DNA from: a virus
Taxonomy: Duplodnaviria; Heunggongvirae; Uroviricota; Caudoviricetes
Virus record (IMG/VR): IMGVR_UViG_3300032245_000624
DNA length: 64,000 nucleotides
Reading direction: 5' to 3' (one strand)
Shown: positions 39,118 to 47,308 of the stretch, one piece after another
How the letters are laid out: the number at the start of each line of letters is the position of its first letter
Numbering within the stretch: position 1 is the first letter of the stretch
Translations under genes and position numbers: made by a program
The notes under the pieces: model-generated
What the model saw: only the letters and a program-made list of their open reading frames with translations
What the model was told of the DNA's origin: nothing
The model's database searches: none

Positions 39118-39656
39118 TACAATGTCTCCCCGCCTACTGTACGGTTACAAGCACATAGTTCGCCAGTTTGTAGCGCATCCAACACACGAAGTGTTTCTTC
39201 TGGGCTACGACCAACGTTCAAGTTGTTCACAGTTACGTGCTGGATAACGTTGTCTGGATCAACGATGAATGTTGCGCGAAGTGCCGCACCTGCTGGAGCA
39301 TAGAATACGCCCAACTGTTCAATCAAACTCAACTCACCACGCTGTGTGTCAGCAAACTGGTTGTGTGTGATCTTCTTCAAGTCAGCGTGGGCATTTTGCC
39401 AGCTAACCTTACAGAACTCATTGTCAGTGCTACCTGTGAGCAATACTGCGTCACGGTCGGCAAAGTCGCCTGTTAGTTTGTCGTAGGCTACAATTTCTGT
39501 AGGGCAAACAAATGTAAAGTCCTTTGGATAGTAAACAATTACTTTCCATTTACCAGCAAAGCTCTCATCTGTGATTTCAAAGAAAGCATCTTCTGGTTGT
39601 CCAGGCTTGACACCTGTGACTGCGAATTTTTCTAATTTGTGTCCAACGGTTTTCAT
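39117..39656 (-). CDS. ahpC: Peroxiredoxin (AhpC/TSA family)
   Basis: Peroxidatic motif FTFVCPTEI. 179 aa. Confidence 0.85.
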   Translation of the reverse strand: MKTVGHKLEKFAVTGVKPGQPEDAFFEITDESFAGKWKVIVYYPKDFTFVCPTEIVAYDKLTGDFADRDAVLLTGSTDNEFCKVSWQNAHADLKKITHNQFADTQRGELSLIEQLGVFYAPAGAALRATFIVDPDNVIQHVTVNNLNVGRSPEETLRVLDALQTGELCACNRTVGGETL

Positions 39657-39689
39657 ATGATTCTCCTTAAAGTAAAAAATTTATTGTAA

Positions 39690-39719
39690 ATTATAACGCA
39701 AACGCACTGATATAATCAA
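39690..39719 (-). promoter_or_regulatory. Putative promoter TTGATT-18-TATAAT for ahpC-ahpD
   Basis: Plus aatcaa at 39714-39719 and attata at 39690-39695. Confidence 0.45.
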
Positions 39720-39734
39720 ATGTTTTGGTTAAAT

Positions 39735-39830
39735 AAGTTTGTCGGGTGATTAACTGGTATGGAAGGATGCTGATCTTAACGGTTTTACCAGTTTCTCGTT
39801 AAGCCCGTCGAAAGCCAAATTCCCACCCGA
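39735..39830 (-). other. Structured intergenic RNA element with nested helices GUCGGGUG/CACCCGAC and CUUAACG/CGUUAAG, plus loop-to-downstream pairing ACUGGUA/UACCAGU (pseudoknot-like)
   Basis: Three independent inverted repeats arranged as a nested/pseudoknot topology between gene 39833 and the ahpC promoter. Confidence 0.4.
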
Positions 39831-39832
39831 CA

Positions 39833-40477
39833 TCAACGTTTCATTAGGTCATTAACAAAGTCTAGCAACAACTGATGGTGATAGCCGTTGTGATAATAAG
39901 GCTTCATGTAGTTGTGCATGTCATACCACCACTGTTCACTCTCAGGATGGCACCCCATAATTCCAATACGGTCTTGGAATATGGCCATTGGGTCACCGTT
40001 TGCATAACGGGCAACAGTGTCAAACTTACTCTCATCACCTGCTAGAGCACAGCCATCGTAGAAGTACATACGCATGTCTTCCCCCTGCCAGTTCACTGTA
40101 CAGGCCTTGGCATGTGGACGGCGTGTGTCTGTGTTTGGTTGTGTGATATACTGTACAGCATCCACACCGTCTAGAATATCAAAATAGTGCGACCCTGCCC
40201 AATAGGCACCCATGCAAATGCCTAGATAGCGGCCGCCGTCTGATATGAAGTTTTTGATTCTTTGTTCGTGATGCTTCATTAGAAAATGATAGCTTTCGCT
40301 GTCCCCATCGCCACCAGGGAAAGCCACAATGTCCACATCGTCAAAGAAATTCTTTTCCATTTCCTGCTTGGTAAAGATTTTGAATTTGTAGTACTCGCTC
40401 AGTGCCTGCATCATTCCGTTTCCACACTGTACACTTGCACGAGGCTGATAGAAAAACAAAGCAATGGTAGGTTTCAT
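39833..40477 (-). CDS. Class I glutamine-amidotransferase-like (BPL_N-like) domain protein
   Basis: VAFPGGDG...GGRYLGICMGAYWAG. Confidence 0.45.
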   Translation of the reverse strand: MKPTIALFFYQPRASVQCGNGMMQALSEYYKFKIFTKQEMEKNFFDDVDIVAFPGGDGDSESYHFLMKHHEQRIKNFISDGGRYLGICMGAYWAGSHYFDILDGVDAVQYITQPNTDTRRPHAKACTVNWQGEDMRMYFYDGCALAGDESKFDTVARYANGDPMAIFQDRIGIMGCHPESEQWWYDMHNYMKPYYHNGYHHQLLLDFVNDLMKR

Positions 40478-40485
40478 AACAGTAT

Positions 40486-40782
40486 TTACTCAGCTCTGAT
40501 TTCGCGCTTTTTTAGTTTCATTCCTGCATAGGTTCCGCAGAATGCTCCTATCACAGCAGGTATAACCAACCAGTGATTTGTGGTGTAGCTGATAACTGCC
40601 ACACTGCCCAAGATATAACAAGCCACGCTCCAAAAACTGGCACCCAGCACGTTGTCATTTGCAACACATCGCAGATAGTAGGTGTACACTATGTCCAGCA
40701 AAAATATAGATAAAAACGTTACTAGGTAGTCCATATTGGTTTTCCTTGTATAAAGAAAGGCCCCGGGGGGCCTTTGTACCAA
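40486..40782 (-). CDS. Small polytopic membrane protein (GtrA-like size; likely starts at MDYLV)
   Basis: 3-4 predicted TM helices. Confidence 0.4.
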   Translation of the reverse strand: MVQRPPGAFLYTRKTNMDYLVTFLSIFLLDIVYTYYLRCVANDNVLGASFWSVACYILGSVAVISYTTNHWLVIPAVIGAFCGTYAGMKLKKREIRAE

Positions 40783-40793
40783 TCATATTATGA

Positions 40794-41348
40794 TTAGAAG
40801 CGGTGAATATAACCAACCTTGGTGATGTTCTGCTCGCTATCGCCACGTTGACGATCGTAACCTAGGTACACAGTACTGGTCTTGTTGATATCGTAACCAA
40901 TCTTGGCACGCCAGGTACGTGTGGTATCGTTTTGACTATCTTTGAAAGCGTCTTGGAAACGATAGCCTAGTCCTGCGCTAAAGCCTAGACCCAGTCCAGC
41001 TGTAACACCTGGCTCAACTGAGTAGTAGCTATAACCTGCGCTACCACTAGAGTAATTCTCGCCGACTGCTACACGAGTGTAAACGCCAACTGGTCCAACT
41101 GGCACTGCGCCAGTAACACCTGCTTCATAGCGAGTTGCTAATGCGTTGGTGCCTTCTGTGCGATAGTTCTTGACCACGATATCGCCAGCAAAGCTGTTGT
41201 TGATTGCTTGCTTGACGCCTAGCTCGTAAACACGTTGATCAGCGGTACCATTAACGCCATTGGCGTTTTGACCTTCTAATCGTACTTCAGCGGCTGACAC
41301 GCCCAATGCGGCCATGGCTAGTAGAGTTGCTAATGCAAATTTTTTCAT
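40794..41348 (-). CDS. Outer-membrane beta-barrel protein (Ail/Lom/OmpX-like)
   Basis: Signal peptide. Alternating amphipathic strands. C-terminal YIHRF ends in Phe. Confidence 0.6.
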   Translation of the reverse strand: MKKFALATLLAMAALGVSAAEVRLEGQNANGVNGTADQRVYELGVKQAINNSFAGDIVVKNYRTEGTNALATRYEAGVTGAVPVGPVGVYTRVAVGENYSSGSAGYSYYSVEPGVTAGLGLGFSAGLGYRFQDAFKDSQNDTTRTWRAKIGYDINKTSTVYLGYDRQRGDSEQNITKVGYIHRF

Positions 41349-41370
41349 TTAATTTCCTTTATTGAAAAAC

Positions 41371-41422
41371 AGTGATTGAGATCACTAGAGCAAGTATATA
41401 TGTTGTGCCCTAGTAAAGTCAA
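41371..41422 (-). promoter_or_regulatory. Promoter TTGACT-18-TATACT with the palindrome AGTGAT-TGAG-ATCACT (41371-41386) between -10 and the RBS
   Basis: Plus agtcaa at 41417-41422 and agtata at 41393-41398. Perfect 6 bp arms. Confidence 0.5.
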
Positions 41423-41424
41423 AA

Positions 41425-41452
41425 GAAAGACAACCGAAGTTGTCTTGCCTGC
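41425..41452 (-). terminator. Rho-independent terminator (AAGACAACUUCGGUUGUCUU plus UCUUUUG)
   Basis: Hairpin plus U-tract downstream of the GT1 gene. Confidence 0.65.
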
Positions 41453-41526
41453 TGGTTACGAGTTCCAGCGCCACTCCATCTTTGTGGTCGATTAAAATTA
41501 TTTATCTTTAAGTGGGTAGTTAATTG

Positions 41527-42531
41527 TTACGACTTTGTTACAAGATTGTCTCGGAAGATTTCCCAGGCCCGTTCCCAACTCCATCTGGCACTGCCTTCCC
41601 AAACACGTTGTCGGTCCAGCATGAGTGCATCTTTCACAGCCTGCTTTAGGTCATCATTCAAACAGCCAGTAACACCTTCGTCCACAACATCCAGCGGCCC
41701 CTGTACAGGAAAAGCCGCTACTGGTGTACCGCATGCCATGGCTTCGACCATCACAAGGCCAAATGTTTCCCATTGGCTAGGAAACACAAATACTTCTGCA
41801 TTGGCATAGTAACGTGCTAGGTCCACACCTGTTTTATAGCCGGTGAAATGCACATCAGGGTATTGCTTGCGATAGGTCTCGAGCATAGGGCCATCGCCTA
41901 CCATGACTTTGAGATATCCAGGGTAGTCTAATTCAAAGAACTTTTCAAGATTCTTTTCTTTGCTCACACGACTCACGCACAGCAGATATCTGCTCACAGT
42001 TTCTACTCTGTGGGTAGGATTAAAAATGTCACGGTCAACACCACGAGTCCACGGAATCACTTCGCCGTCGAATCCATGTGCTTGTAATTCATCAACCATG
42101 GAGTCAGTGGTGGTCAACACCTTGCCCGAGTGCTTGTGGAACCAGCGCACTAGAGGCCAAGTAAGAGCCTCAGGTATTCCAAACAGCTTTCTAATTCCTT
42201 CTGGAAACTTAGTATGATAAGCAGTGTTGTAGCGATAACCGTGTTGGTCAAGATATTGTCTAGCACACAGACCCAAAGGACCTTCTGTGGCGATATGGAT
42301 ATGATCCGGATTGATCTCCTCAAATATCTTGCCCACCGTGCGTTTCCTGGTAAGGGTAATCTTGACTTCGTTGTAGCGAGGGCAATCAACATAGCGGAAC
42401 CGCCCGGGATCAAGATATACAACACGATAGTTGTCGCGAATCGCAAGCGCCTCAATATTTTTGTAGGTCGTAACCACACCATTGATCTGATCCTTTAGGT
42501 TATCTGTTACGATTAAGATTGTTTTTGACAT
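41527..42531 (-). CDS. Group 1 (GT4-like) glycosyltransferase
   Basis: EAMACGTPVAAFPVQGPLDVVDEGVTGCL matches E-x7-E. Confidence 0.75.
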   Translation of the reverse strand: MSKTILIVTDNLKDQINGVVTTYKNIEALAIRDNYRVVYLDPGRFRYVDCPRYNEVKITLTRKRTVGKIFEEINPDHIHIATEGPLGLCARQYLDQHGYRYNTAYHTKFPEGIRKLFGIPEALTWPLVRWFHKHSGKVLTTTDSMVDELQAHGFDGEVIPWTRGVDRDIFNPTHRVETVSRYLLCVSRVSKEKNLEKFFELDYPGYLKVMVGDGPMLETYRKQYPDVHFTGYKTGVDLARYYANAEVFVFPSQWETFGLVMVEAMACGTPVAAFPVQGPLDVVDEGVTGCLNDDLKQAVKDALMLDRQRVWEGSARWSWERAWEIFRDNLVTKS

Positions 42532-42731
42532 TTTGATACTACCTTGAATGATTCAAATTTTAACCAGTATTTTAGACTGCTACGAGCTTGTTCGCAAGCC
42601 TGCTGGCTTTCAAACTCCAGAGTCACTTGTCCTGGATTGTCCTTTGGATCGTTTACGTGTACTGCTAGGATTATCAATAACCACATTGTCACTCTCCTTG
42701 GTCCAGGTAACGATCTCCCAACGACCGTCAT
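42513..42731 (-). CDS. Hypothetical small exported protein (72 aa), uncertain
   Basis: Overlaps the LpxH-like gene in another frame. Confidence 0.3.
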   Translation of the reverse strand: MTVVGRSLPGPRRVTMWLLIILAVHVNDPKDNPGQVTLEFESQQACEQARSSLKYWLKFESFKVVSKCQKQS

Positions 42732-43440
42732 GATGTTCTACCAGTGCTGTGCATGATTCAACCCAGTCGCCGTCATTCATGTACACAATACCGTCTATGA
42801 GTTTTATTTCTGCGTGGTGTATATGACCGCAGACCACGCCATCAAATCCTCGCTTTTTGCAATAGGCTGCGAGGTTCCGTTCAAATTGGAAAATAAAGTC
42901 AACTGCTTTTTTGACCCTACCTTTAAGATACTGGCTAAGACTCCAATAACCAAAACCCATACGATGGCGGATCCAATTAAATTTATTATTAAGTGATAGG
43001 ATAAAATCATACGCTTTGTCTCCCAAAAAGCTGAGCCAAGGTGCTAGTCTGGTAATGCCGTCAAACATGTCACCGTGCGTGACCAGATAGTGCTTGCCGT
43101 CTGCGCCTATGTGCTCGCATTGATTACACACTTCAATCAGACCAAAGCCAATGCCCAGGGGTATAAGCGGTCTTAGGAATTCATCATGGTTGCCTGCAAC
43201 ATAAACCACACGGGTGCCGCGCTTGGCATGACCCATGACTCTGCGTACCACATTGGTATGTGATTGTTTCCATCGCCATTTGTTTTGTTGTATGCGCCAT
43301 GCGTCAATTATATCCCCTACCATGTAGAGTGTTTCGCATGTGTTGTGTTTGAGAAAGTTGTTGAGTTGTTCCGCCTTGCAGTCTCTAGTGCCAAGGTGGA
43401 CATCACTGATAAAGATTGAGCGGTAAGTTTTAGCTGTCAT
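42610..43440 (-). CDS. LpxH-like (UDP-2,3-diacylglucosamine hydrolase-like) metallophosphoesterase
   Basis: IFISDVHLG...GNHDE. Confidence 0.7.
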   Translation of the reverse strand: MTAKTYRSIFISDVHLGTRDCKAEQLNNFLKHNTCETLYMVGDIIDAWRIQQNKWRWKQSHTNVVRRVMGHAKRGTRVVYVAGNHDEFLRPLIPLGIGFGLIEVCNQCEHIGADGKHYLVTHGDMFDGITRLAPWLSFLGDKAYDFILSLNNKFNWIRHRMGFGYWSLSQYLKGRVKKAVDFIFQFERNLAAYCKKRGFDGVVCGHIHHAEIKLIDGIVYMNDGDWVESCTALVEHHDGRWEIVTWTKESDNVVIDNPSSTRKRSKGQSRTSDSGV

Positions 43441-43485
43441 TCTAATATTTACCGCCCAATCCGTTAAAAAAGTGTTACAGTTACG

Positions 43486-43644
43486 TTACACTCTGACAAG
43501 AATCCACTTGGCTGTAAATGGTTTACCTTCGGCCTTATGTTTCAGTATCTTAGAGAACTCTTTTTTACGGAGCTCAGAAATTGTTTCTGTATCATGGTCG
43601 ACGCAAGCCCTGTACAGTTTAGCGAGTAGCTTTTTCTGTTTCAT
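43486..43644 (-). CDS. Unlisted small protein (52 aa, MKQKKLLAKLYRACVDHDTE...)
   Basis: Strong RBS AAGGAGG. Confidence 0.45.
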   Translation of the reverse strand: MKQKKLLAKLYRACVDHDTETISELRKKEFSKILKHKAEGKPFTAKWILVRV

Positions 43645-43668
43645 GGTTGTGTCCTCCTTGACAAATAT

Positions 43669-44253
43669 TTACCAGATTTTTTTGATTCTTTCAAGAATTA
43701 GTTCTACCACACGATTACTAATTACCACTTCGTAGTGATTGAGTTCTAGTTCTACTAGCTCAAAGTCTAGCCTAGCTCTCATGCTTTCCAGTGTGACTAC
43801 TCCATCATTGGGTTCGTGAATCCATGGACTGCCGCCGCGGGTAGTCACAACATTGGTCCAGTTTGGCGGTGCTGATAGTCGTTTGGCTTCTGCCATGGGC
43901 TTGGCCTGCGGACCAATGTCCTTCATCAATTGATTAAATGGTAGAAAGTATTTGGCAAAGTCTGCTTGTCTACTTCCACCGTAGGGTGTGCTAAGACTTA
44001 TACCACCCACTGTGCGATCTTTGTAATAGTTTGCCAAATGCAATGCGTAGATGCCACCCAGGCTGTGACTGATAAAGAACAGTTGTTCTGCGTCATCCAG
44101 TTGTCCTTTCATCTCAGCTAGGTTATAATCAAACCCATCCGCACTGTTGTACTCAAATGCAATGTCTGGAACTTCCACATGATCTCTTACAAACTGTCGA
44201 ATGTGTGTGAAACTTTCTGATGTGGCGCTGGCACCATGTATGTAGACTATCAT
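43669..44253 (-). CDS. Alpha/beta-hydrolase (esterase/lipase-like)
   Basis: Nucleophile elbow ISHSLGG (GxSxG). Confidence 0.6.
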   Translation of the reverse strand: MIVYIHGASATSESFTHIRQFVRDHVEVPDIAFEYNSADGFDYNLAEMKGQLDDAEQLFFISHSLGGIYALHLANYYKDRTVGGISLSTPYGGSRQADFAKYFLPFNQLMKDIGPQAKPMAEAKRLSAPPNWTNVVTTRGGSPWIHEPNDGVVTLESMRARLDFELVELELNHYEVVISNRVVELILERIKKIW

Positions 44254-44265
44254 GCCAATATTTAG

Positions 44266-44294
44266 TGCAAAAAGAAACCCGCCGAAGCGGGTTC
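44266..44294 (-). terminator. Rho-independent terminator ending the tmRNA precursor (CCCGCUUCGGCGGG plus UUUCUUUUUG)
   Basis: GC hairpin plus U-tract. Confidence 0.65.
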
Positions 44295-44547
44295 TGGTTG
44301 TTTAGGTTACAAGGTAAGTCCTACCCCGTGGTGTTCGGTTTTTAAGCGAACGCTGCCTCAGTTGCAGCCACTTTGCTTCCGCCGAAACGGAAACCTTTAG
44401 CGACTGTTACTTTGACACCAGTTTGTGTATTTGCTTTTGCATTTACGTTTTTTGCGTCTACGGCCGGGAATCCCCAACCCTACGGTTTCTGCCTTACCGT
44501 GCTGTCCACTTATCTACTCTTTGCCCTGTCGAAACCAGGTCACCCCC
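44270..44547 (-). ncRNA. ssrA: tmRNA coding piece (5' acceptor strand GGGGGUG, ACCUGGUUUCGACAGGG, tag reading frame)
   Basis: RNA GGGGGUGACCUGGUUUCGACAGGGC resembles the E. coli tmRNA 5' end GGGGCUGAUUCUGGAUUCGACGGG. The tag ORF starts GUAGAC-GCA and ends AAFA-UAA. Confidence 0.7.
44345..44455 (-). other. Putative tmRNA tag reading frame (resume codon GCA at 44455-44453, stop UAA at 44344-44342). It encodes AKNVNAKANTQTGVKVTVAKGFRFGGSKVAATEAAFA
   Basis: Frame chosen by alignment to the E. coli resume context UAGUC-GCA. It is unusually long (37 aa), so the end point is uncertain. Confidence 0.4.
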
Positions 44548-44628
44548 ATCATAAGAAGACATGTATACATATTACAGTTATTAGTGATACTATACAAATA
44601 AACTCATATGCTTTCATAATATCTCCTT

Positions 44629-44694
<66 letters not shown>

Positions 44695-44700
44695 ACTTAC

Positions 44701-44729
44701 AGTATATATTTATTGGCTATCGTCGTCAA
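44701..44729 (-). promoter_or_regulatory. Promoter TTGACG-17-TATACT for the tmRNA precursor
   Basis: Plus cgtcaa at 44724-44729 and agtata at 44701-44706. Confidence 0.5.
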
Positions 44730-44942
44730 GTCTAGGGAAGCCCAAAGTAAATTTTGTCAATGGATCCACCTTCTTCAACATCACAGCGCCTGACGTGGTT
44801 TTGCACACTTGCAAAAGATCACCTTCCTCAAACCGGATCTTCTCTAACGGAAGCTCTTCGTCTAAGATAATGTACTGTCCGTATTCAATGTCAATGATGT
44901 AGTCGAAGTGTTTCATGCAAGTATTTACACACTTGCAAAATT

Positions 44943-44975
44943 TGGTCAAAAGAAAGCCCGCATGTAAGCGGGCTT
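44943..44975 (-). terminator. Rho-independent terminator (GCCCGCUUACAUGCGGGC plus UUUCUUUUG)
   Basis: Hairpin plus U-tract after gene 44996..45325. Confidence 0.65.
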
Positions 44976-44995
44976 TCAGTTGCGTATGTAAACGC

Positions 44996-45325
44996 TTAGG
45001 CAGTTGCTTTGGCCTTGGTAGTAACAGCAGGCTTAGCAGGCGCCTTAACCTTAACACCGGCAACCTTAACAGTTGCGGAACCGTTGTACTTCTCGTCAGC
45101 GGCATCAATTGCCTGCTTGAACTCTGCACGGTTGTAGAGCTCAGAAGTTTTTAAGAACGTAACCAGCTCAGGCTTGGTCATTGCTTGTGGCAGGTCCATG
45201 AGTTCAATCTCAGTGTGACCAGTTTTAGCCAGCACCTTAACACGGGTCATATCATTCGCAAAGCGAACTTTGTATGAACCGGCAAGTTTAGAAACACCAG
45301 CAATTTTAAAAGTTTTATCAGACAT
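44996..45325 (-). CDS. Small protein with a Lys/Ala-rich C-terminal tail (histone H1-like; possible DNA-binding protein)
   Basis: The C-terminus VKAPAKPAVTTKAKATA is low complexity and basic. Confidence 0.5.
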   Translation of the reverse strand: MSDKTFKIAGVSKLAGSYKVRFANDMTRVKVLAKTGHTEIELMDLPQAMTKPELVTFLKTSELYNRAEFKQAIDAADEKYNGSATVKVAGVKVKAPAKPAVTTKAKATA

Positions 45326-45353
45326 ACTAACTCCTGTTTAGATTTAAAAAGTA

Positions 45354-45406
45354 CGGTACACCGTGTACCATACCATTAGTGTACTGCCTTTTTGGAATGG
45401 AGTCAA
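45354..45406 (-). promoter_or_regulatory. Promoter TTGACT-17-TACACT with the perfect palindrome GGTACAC-C-GTGTACC (45354-45368) over the predicted transcription start
   Basis: Plus agtcaa at 45401-45406 and agtgta at 45378-45383. Dyad at +3 to +17. Confidence 0.5.
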
Positions 45407-45437
45407 CCATTATTTGGCGGCAGTTTTACCAAATCTT

Positions 45438-45575
45438 TTACTTGGACGGCTCAGCGTTCAAACGGATAGCTTCCTGTTTGACGAAGTTGACGCCATGGTC
45501 TACATACCGAGCCACGCCAGCCACACCAATTGTTGAAATCACAATACCTGTAATCACACCAGTTAAGAAGTTCAT
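45438..45575 (-). CDS. Unlisted small membrane protein (45 aa, MNFLTGVITGIVISTIGVAGVARYV...)
   Basis: RBS GGAGG. One TM helix. Confidence 0.4.
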   Translation of the reverse strand: MNFLTGVITGIVISTIGVAGVARYVDHGVNFVKQEAIRLNAEPSK

Positions 45576-45576
45576 T

Positions 45577-46026
45577 TTAAGCCTCCACAGTTTCAGTTTC
45601 AAGTGCTTCACTCAACAGTACCAAACGGTTCTTGAATATACCGCTTGTGCTACCACAGTACCATTGACCATTTTCCATCACATAGTAGTACTCGCCGAAG
45701 CAGTTTTCTACACGATCCAGAAATTCTTCAAAGGAGTGGTCCACTTGCCATTCAGTGCCTTCTTCATCACGGTCACGGCCGTAAAAGCGACACTGGGTAG
45801 CAATGTCATCCTCGTCATAAGTGAGACGCTCGTTGAAGTCAATCTTCTCGCCAATGTCTTTGCCAACCATGGAGCAGTCGCCCTGTGCAATCAAAAAGTT
45901 GGCTTTGGTGCTGTCGTAGTAACGGTTGAGCACTTTTCCCAGATAGCCTAAATAACCATCGGAATGCACATAAATTGATTTGCAAACATTACCGTGCATT
46001 ACTGCAACACGAGAACGAGTAGACAT
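45577..46026 (-). CDS. Hypothetical protein (149 aa)
   Basis: ORF downstream of promoter cassette copy B. Confidence 0.5.
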   Translation of the reverse strand: MSTRSRVAVMHGNVCKSIYVHSDGYLGYLGKVLNRYYDSTKANFLIAQGDCSMVGKDIGEKIDFNERLTYDEDDIATQCRFYGRDRDEEGTEWQVDHSFEEFLDRVENCFGEYYYVMENGQWYCGSTSGIFKNRLVLLSEALETETVEA

Positions 46027-46058
46027 TGTTGAGCTCCTGTTTGTTTAACTTAGCCTAT

Positions 46059-46087
46059 AGTATAGCAAAATGGGCCATAATGGTCAA
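46059..46087 (-). promoter_or_regulatory. Phage promoter cassette copy B (TTGACC-17-TATACT plus conserved leader)
   Basis: Plus ggtcaa at 46082-46087 and agtata at 46059-46064. Confidence 0.7.
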
Positions 46088-46099
46088 CCGTTTTTTGTC

Positions 46100-46145
46100 A
46101 GAAAAAACCCCTGCAAAACTGTTGATTTTACAAGGGTTTTTTGTT
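46100..46145 (-). terminator. Terminator-like hairpin(s) with a U-tract upstream of promoter B
   Basis: aaaaacccctgcaaaactgttgattttacaagggtttttt. Confidence 0.5.
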
Positions 46146-46174
46146 GCTTTTTTACAACAGTTGCTAAACTGCTG

Positions 46175-47251
46175 TTAAAAGGCGTAGTAGTTGAAGGGTT
46201 TTTCCTTGTCACGTACCAACACCAGCTGATCGCCTTTAGCGTTGACAAACACAAACTTGCCTTCAGCTGGATCAACCTTCTTCAAGTCGCGCTGGTTGAA
46301 GCGCATGTCGTACCACTCACCGTCGGCGTTATCTGGCTCAGGGTCGTAACCGTAGGTCCAGTTGCGTTCAGTCATTGGATTGCCTTTCCACTGCATACTG
46401 CCTTCCAACTGACGCTCAGACAGTGGTGCGGTTTGACCAACAGGCACCACAGTGACCTTGTACAAGCTACCATCGTCAAACTCAGGCTTGGCGTTGAGCA
46501 TCTGCATGGCTTCTTGTGCAGACTCGTTGTAGCGGTTCATTTCTTCAACTAGAGCTTTGAGCATGTCAAAGTTGAACTCAGCAAACAATGAGCCCACAGT
46601 GCAAACACCATCGATGTTTTTCAAGCTGGCATCTTTGAGATTGTCCATGCAGTACTCGCGGATGAACTCTTGGTCCAGGCCCTTGAAGTCCAGCAGATAG
46701 AAGATACGACCCGGACGATTACGCATGTGAGTGTTCACACGCCACTTGTCATTACAGGTGATCAAGAACAGCTTCTTGCTAGGGAACACACCGTCCAACA
46801 AGGTCAGCATTTCTTCCTGCTCGTCACTGCCGTAGACTTTTTCGAACTCATCAAACAAGATCATGCAGGGCTGGCTGATGTCTTGTAGCAGGCTGTTGAA
46901 GGCCTCGCCGCGCCATGGAGCATTGATCAGCAGGGTTGGAATACCTGCTTCTGCACACTTGACGCTCAAGCTCTTGGCCAGCATGGTTTTACCTGAACCC
47001 TTCTCTCCTGTGAGCATGACGCCTGTACTGACATCGCGATCTTCAAAGGTGCTGAAGATACGATCACGATGGCGTAGTGCATCACCGTAGACCTTGCCCT
47101 TAATCTCAAAAGAATCCACAACCTCCAAGAAGAAGTTACCAAATTGATCCTGTTTCACAATGTAGTTGCCCACTGGCAAACGATCCTGGATATCCAATGC
47201 GTCCTTGTCAGCAACCTTGAATGTGTTGCCAGATTTAATAAAGTAAGACAT
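46175..47251 (-). CDS. AAA+ ATPase
   Basis: Walker A GEKGSGKT and Walker B ILFDEFE. Confidence 0.75.
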   Translation of the reverse strand: MSYFIKSGNTFKVADKDALDIQDRLPVGNYIVKQDQFGNFFLEVVDSFEIKGKVYGDALRHRDRIFSTFEDRDVSTGVMLTGEKGSGKTMLAKSLSVKCAEAGIPTLLINAPWRGEAFNSLLQDISQPCMILFDEFEKVYGSDEQEEMLTLLDGVFPSKKLFLITCNDKWRVNTHMRNRPGRIFYLLDFKGLDQEFIREYCMDNLKDASLKNIDGVCTVGSLFAEFNFDMLKALVEEMNRYNESAQEAMQMLNAKPEFDDGSLYKVTVVPVGQTAPLSERQLEGSMQWKGNPMTERNWTYGYDPEPDNADGEWYDMRFNQRDLKKVDPAEGKFVFVNAKGDQLVLVRDKEKPFNYYAF

Positions 47252-47308
47252 TTTACAACTTTCTGGGACTTCGTAGTCCCTTGCGGGGGCAATGCCCCCT
47301 GGATTTAA
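47252..47308 (-). other. Twin GC hairpins (GGGGGCAUUGCCCCC and GGGACUACGAAGUCCC) between rIIB and the AAA ATPase gene
   Basis: Two adjacent perfect inverted repeats with no U-tract. Possible processing or regulatory structure. Confidence 0.4.

Noticed and set aside
45379-45951. Plus-strand ORF 45379..45951 (190 aa), and similar plus ORFs such as 46070..46552, 50071..50748, 55590..56015 and 21311..21805
   Set aside because: They are antisense to well-supported minus-strand genes. Every promoter, RBS and terminator found is minus-oriented.
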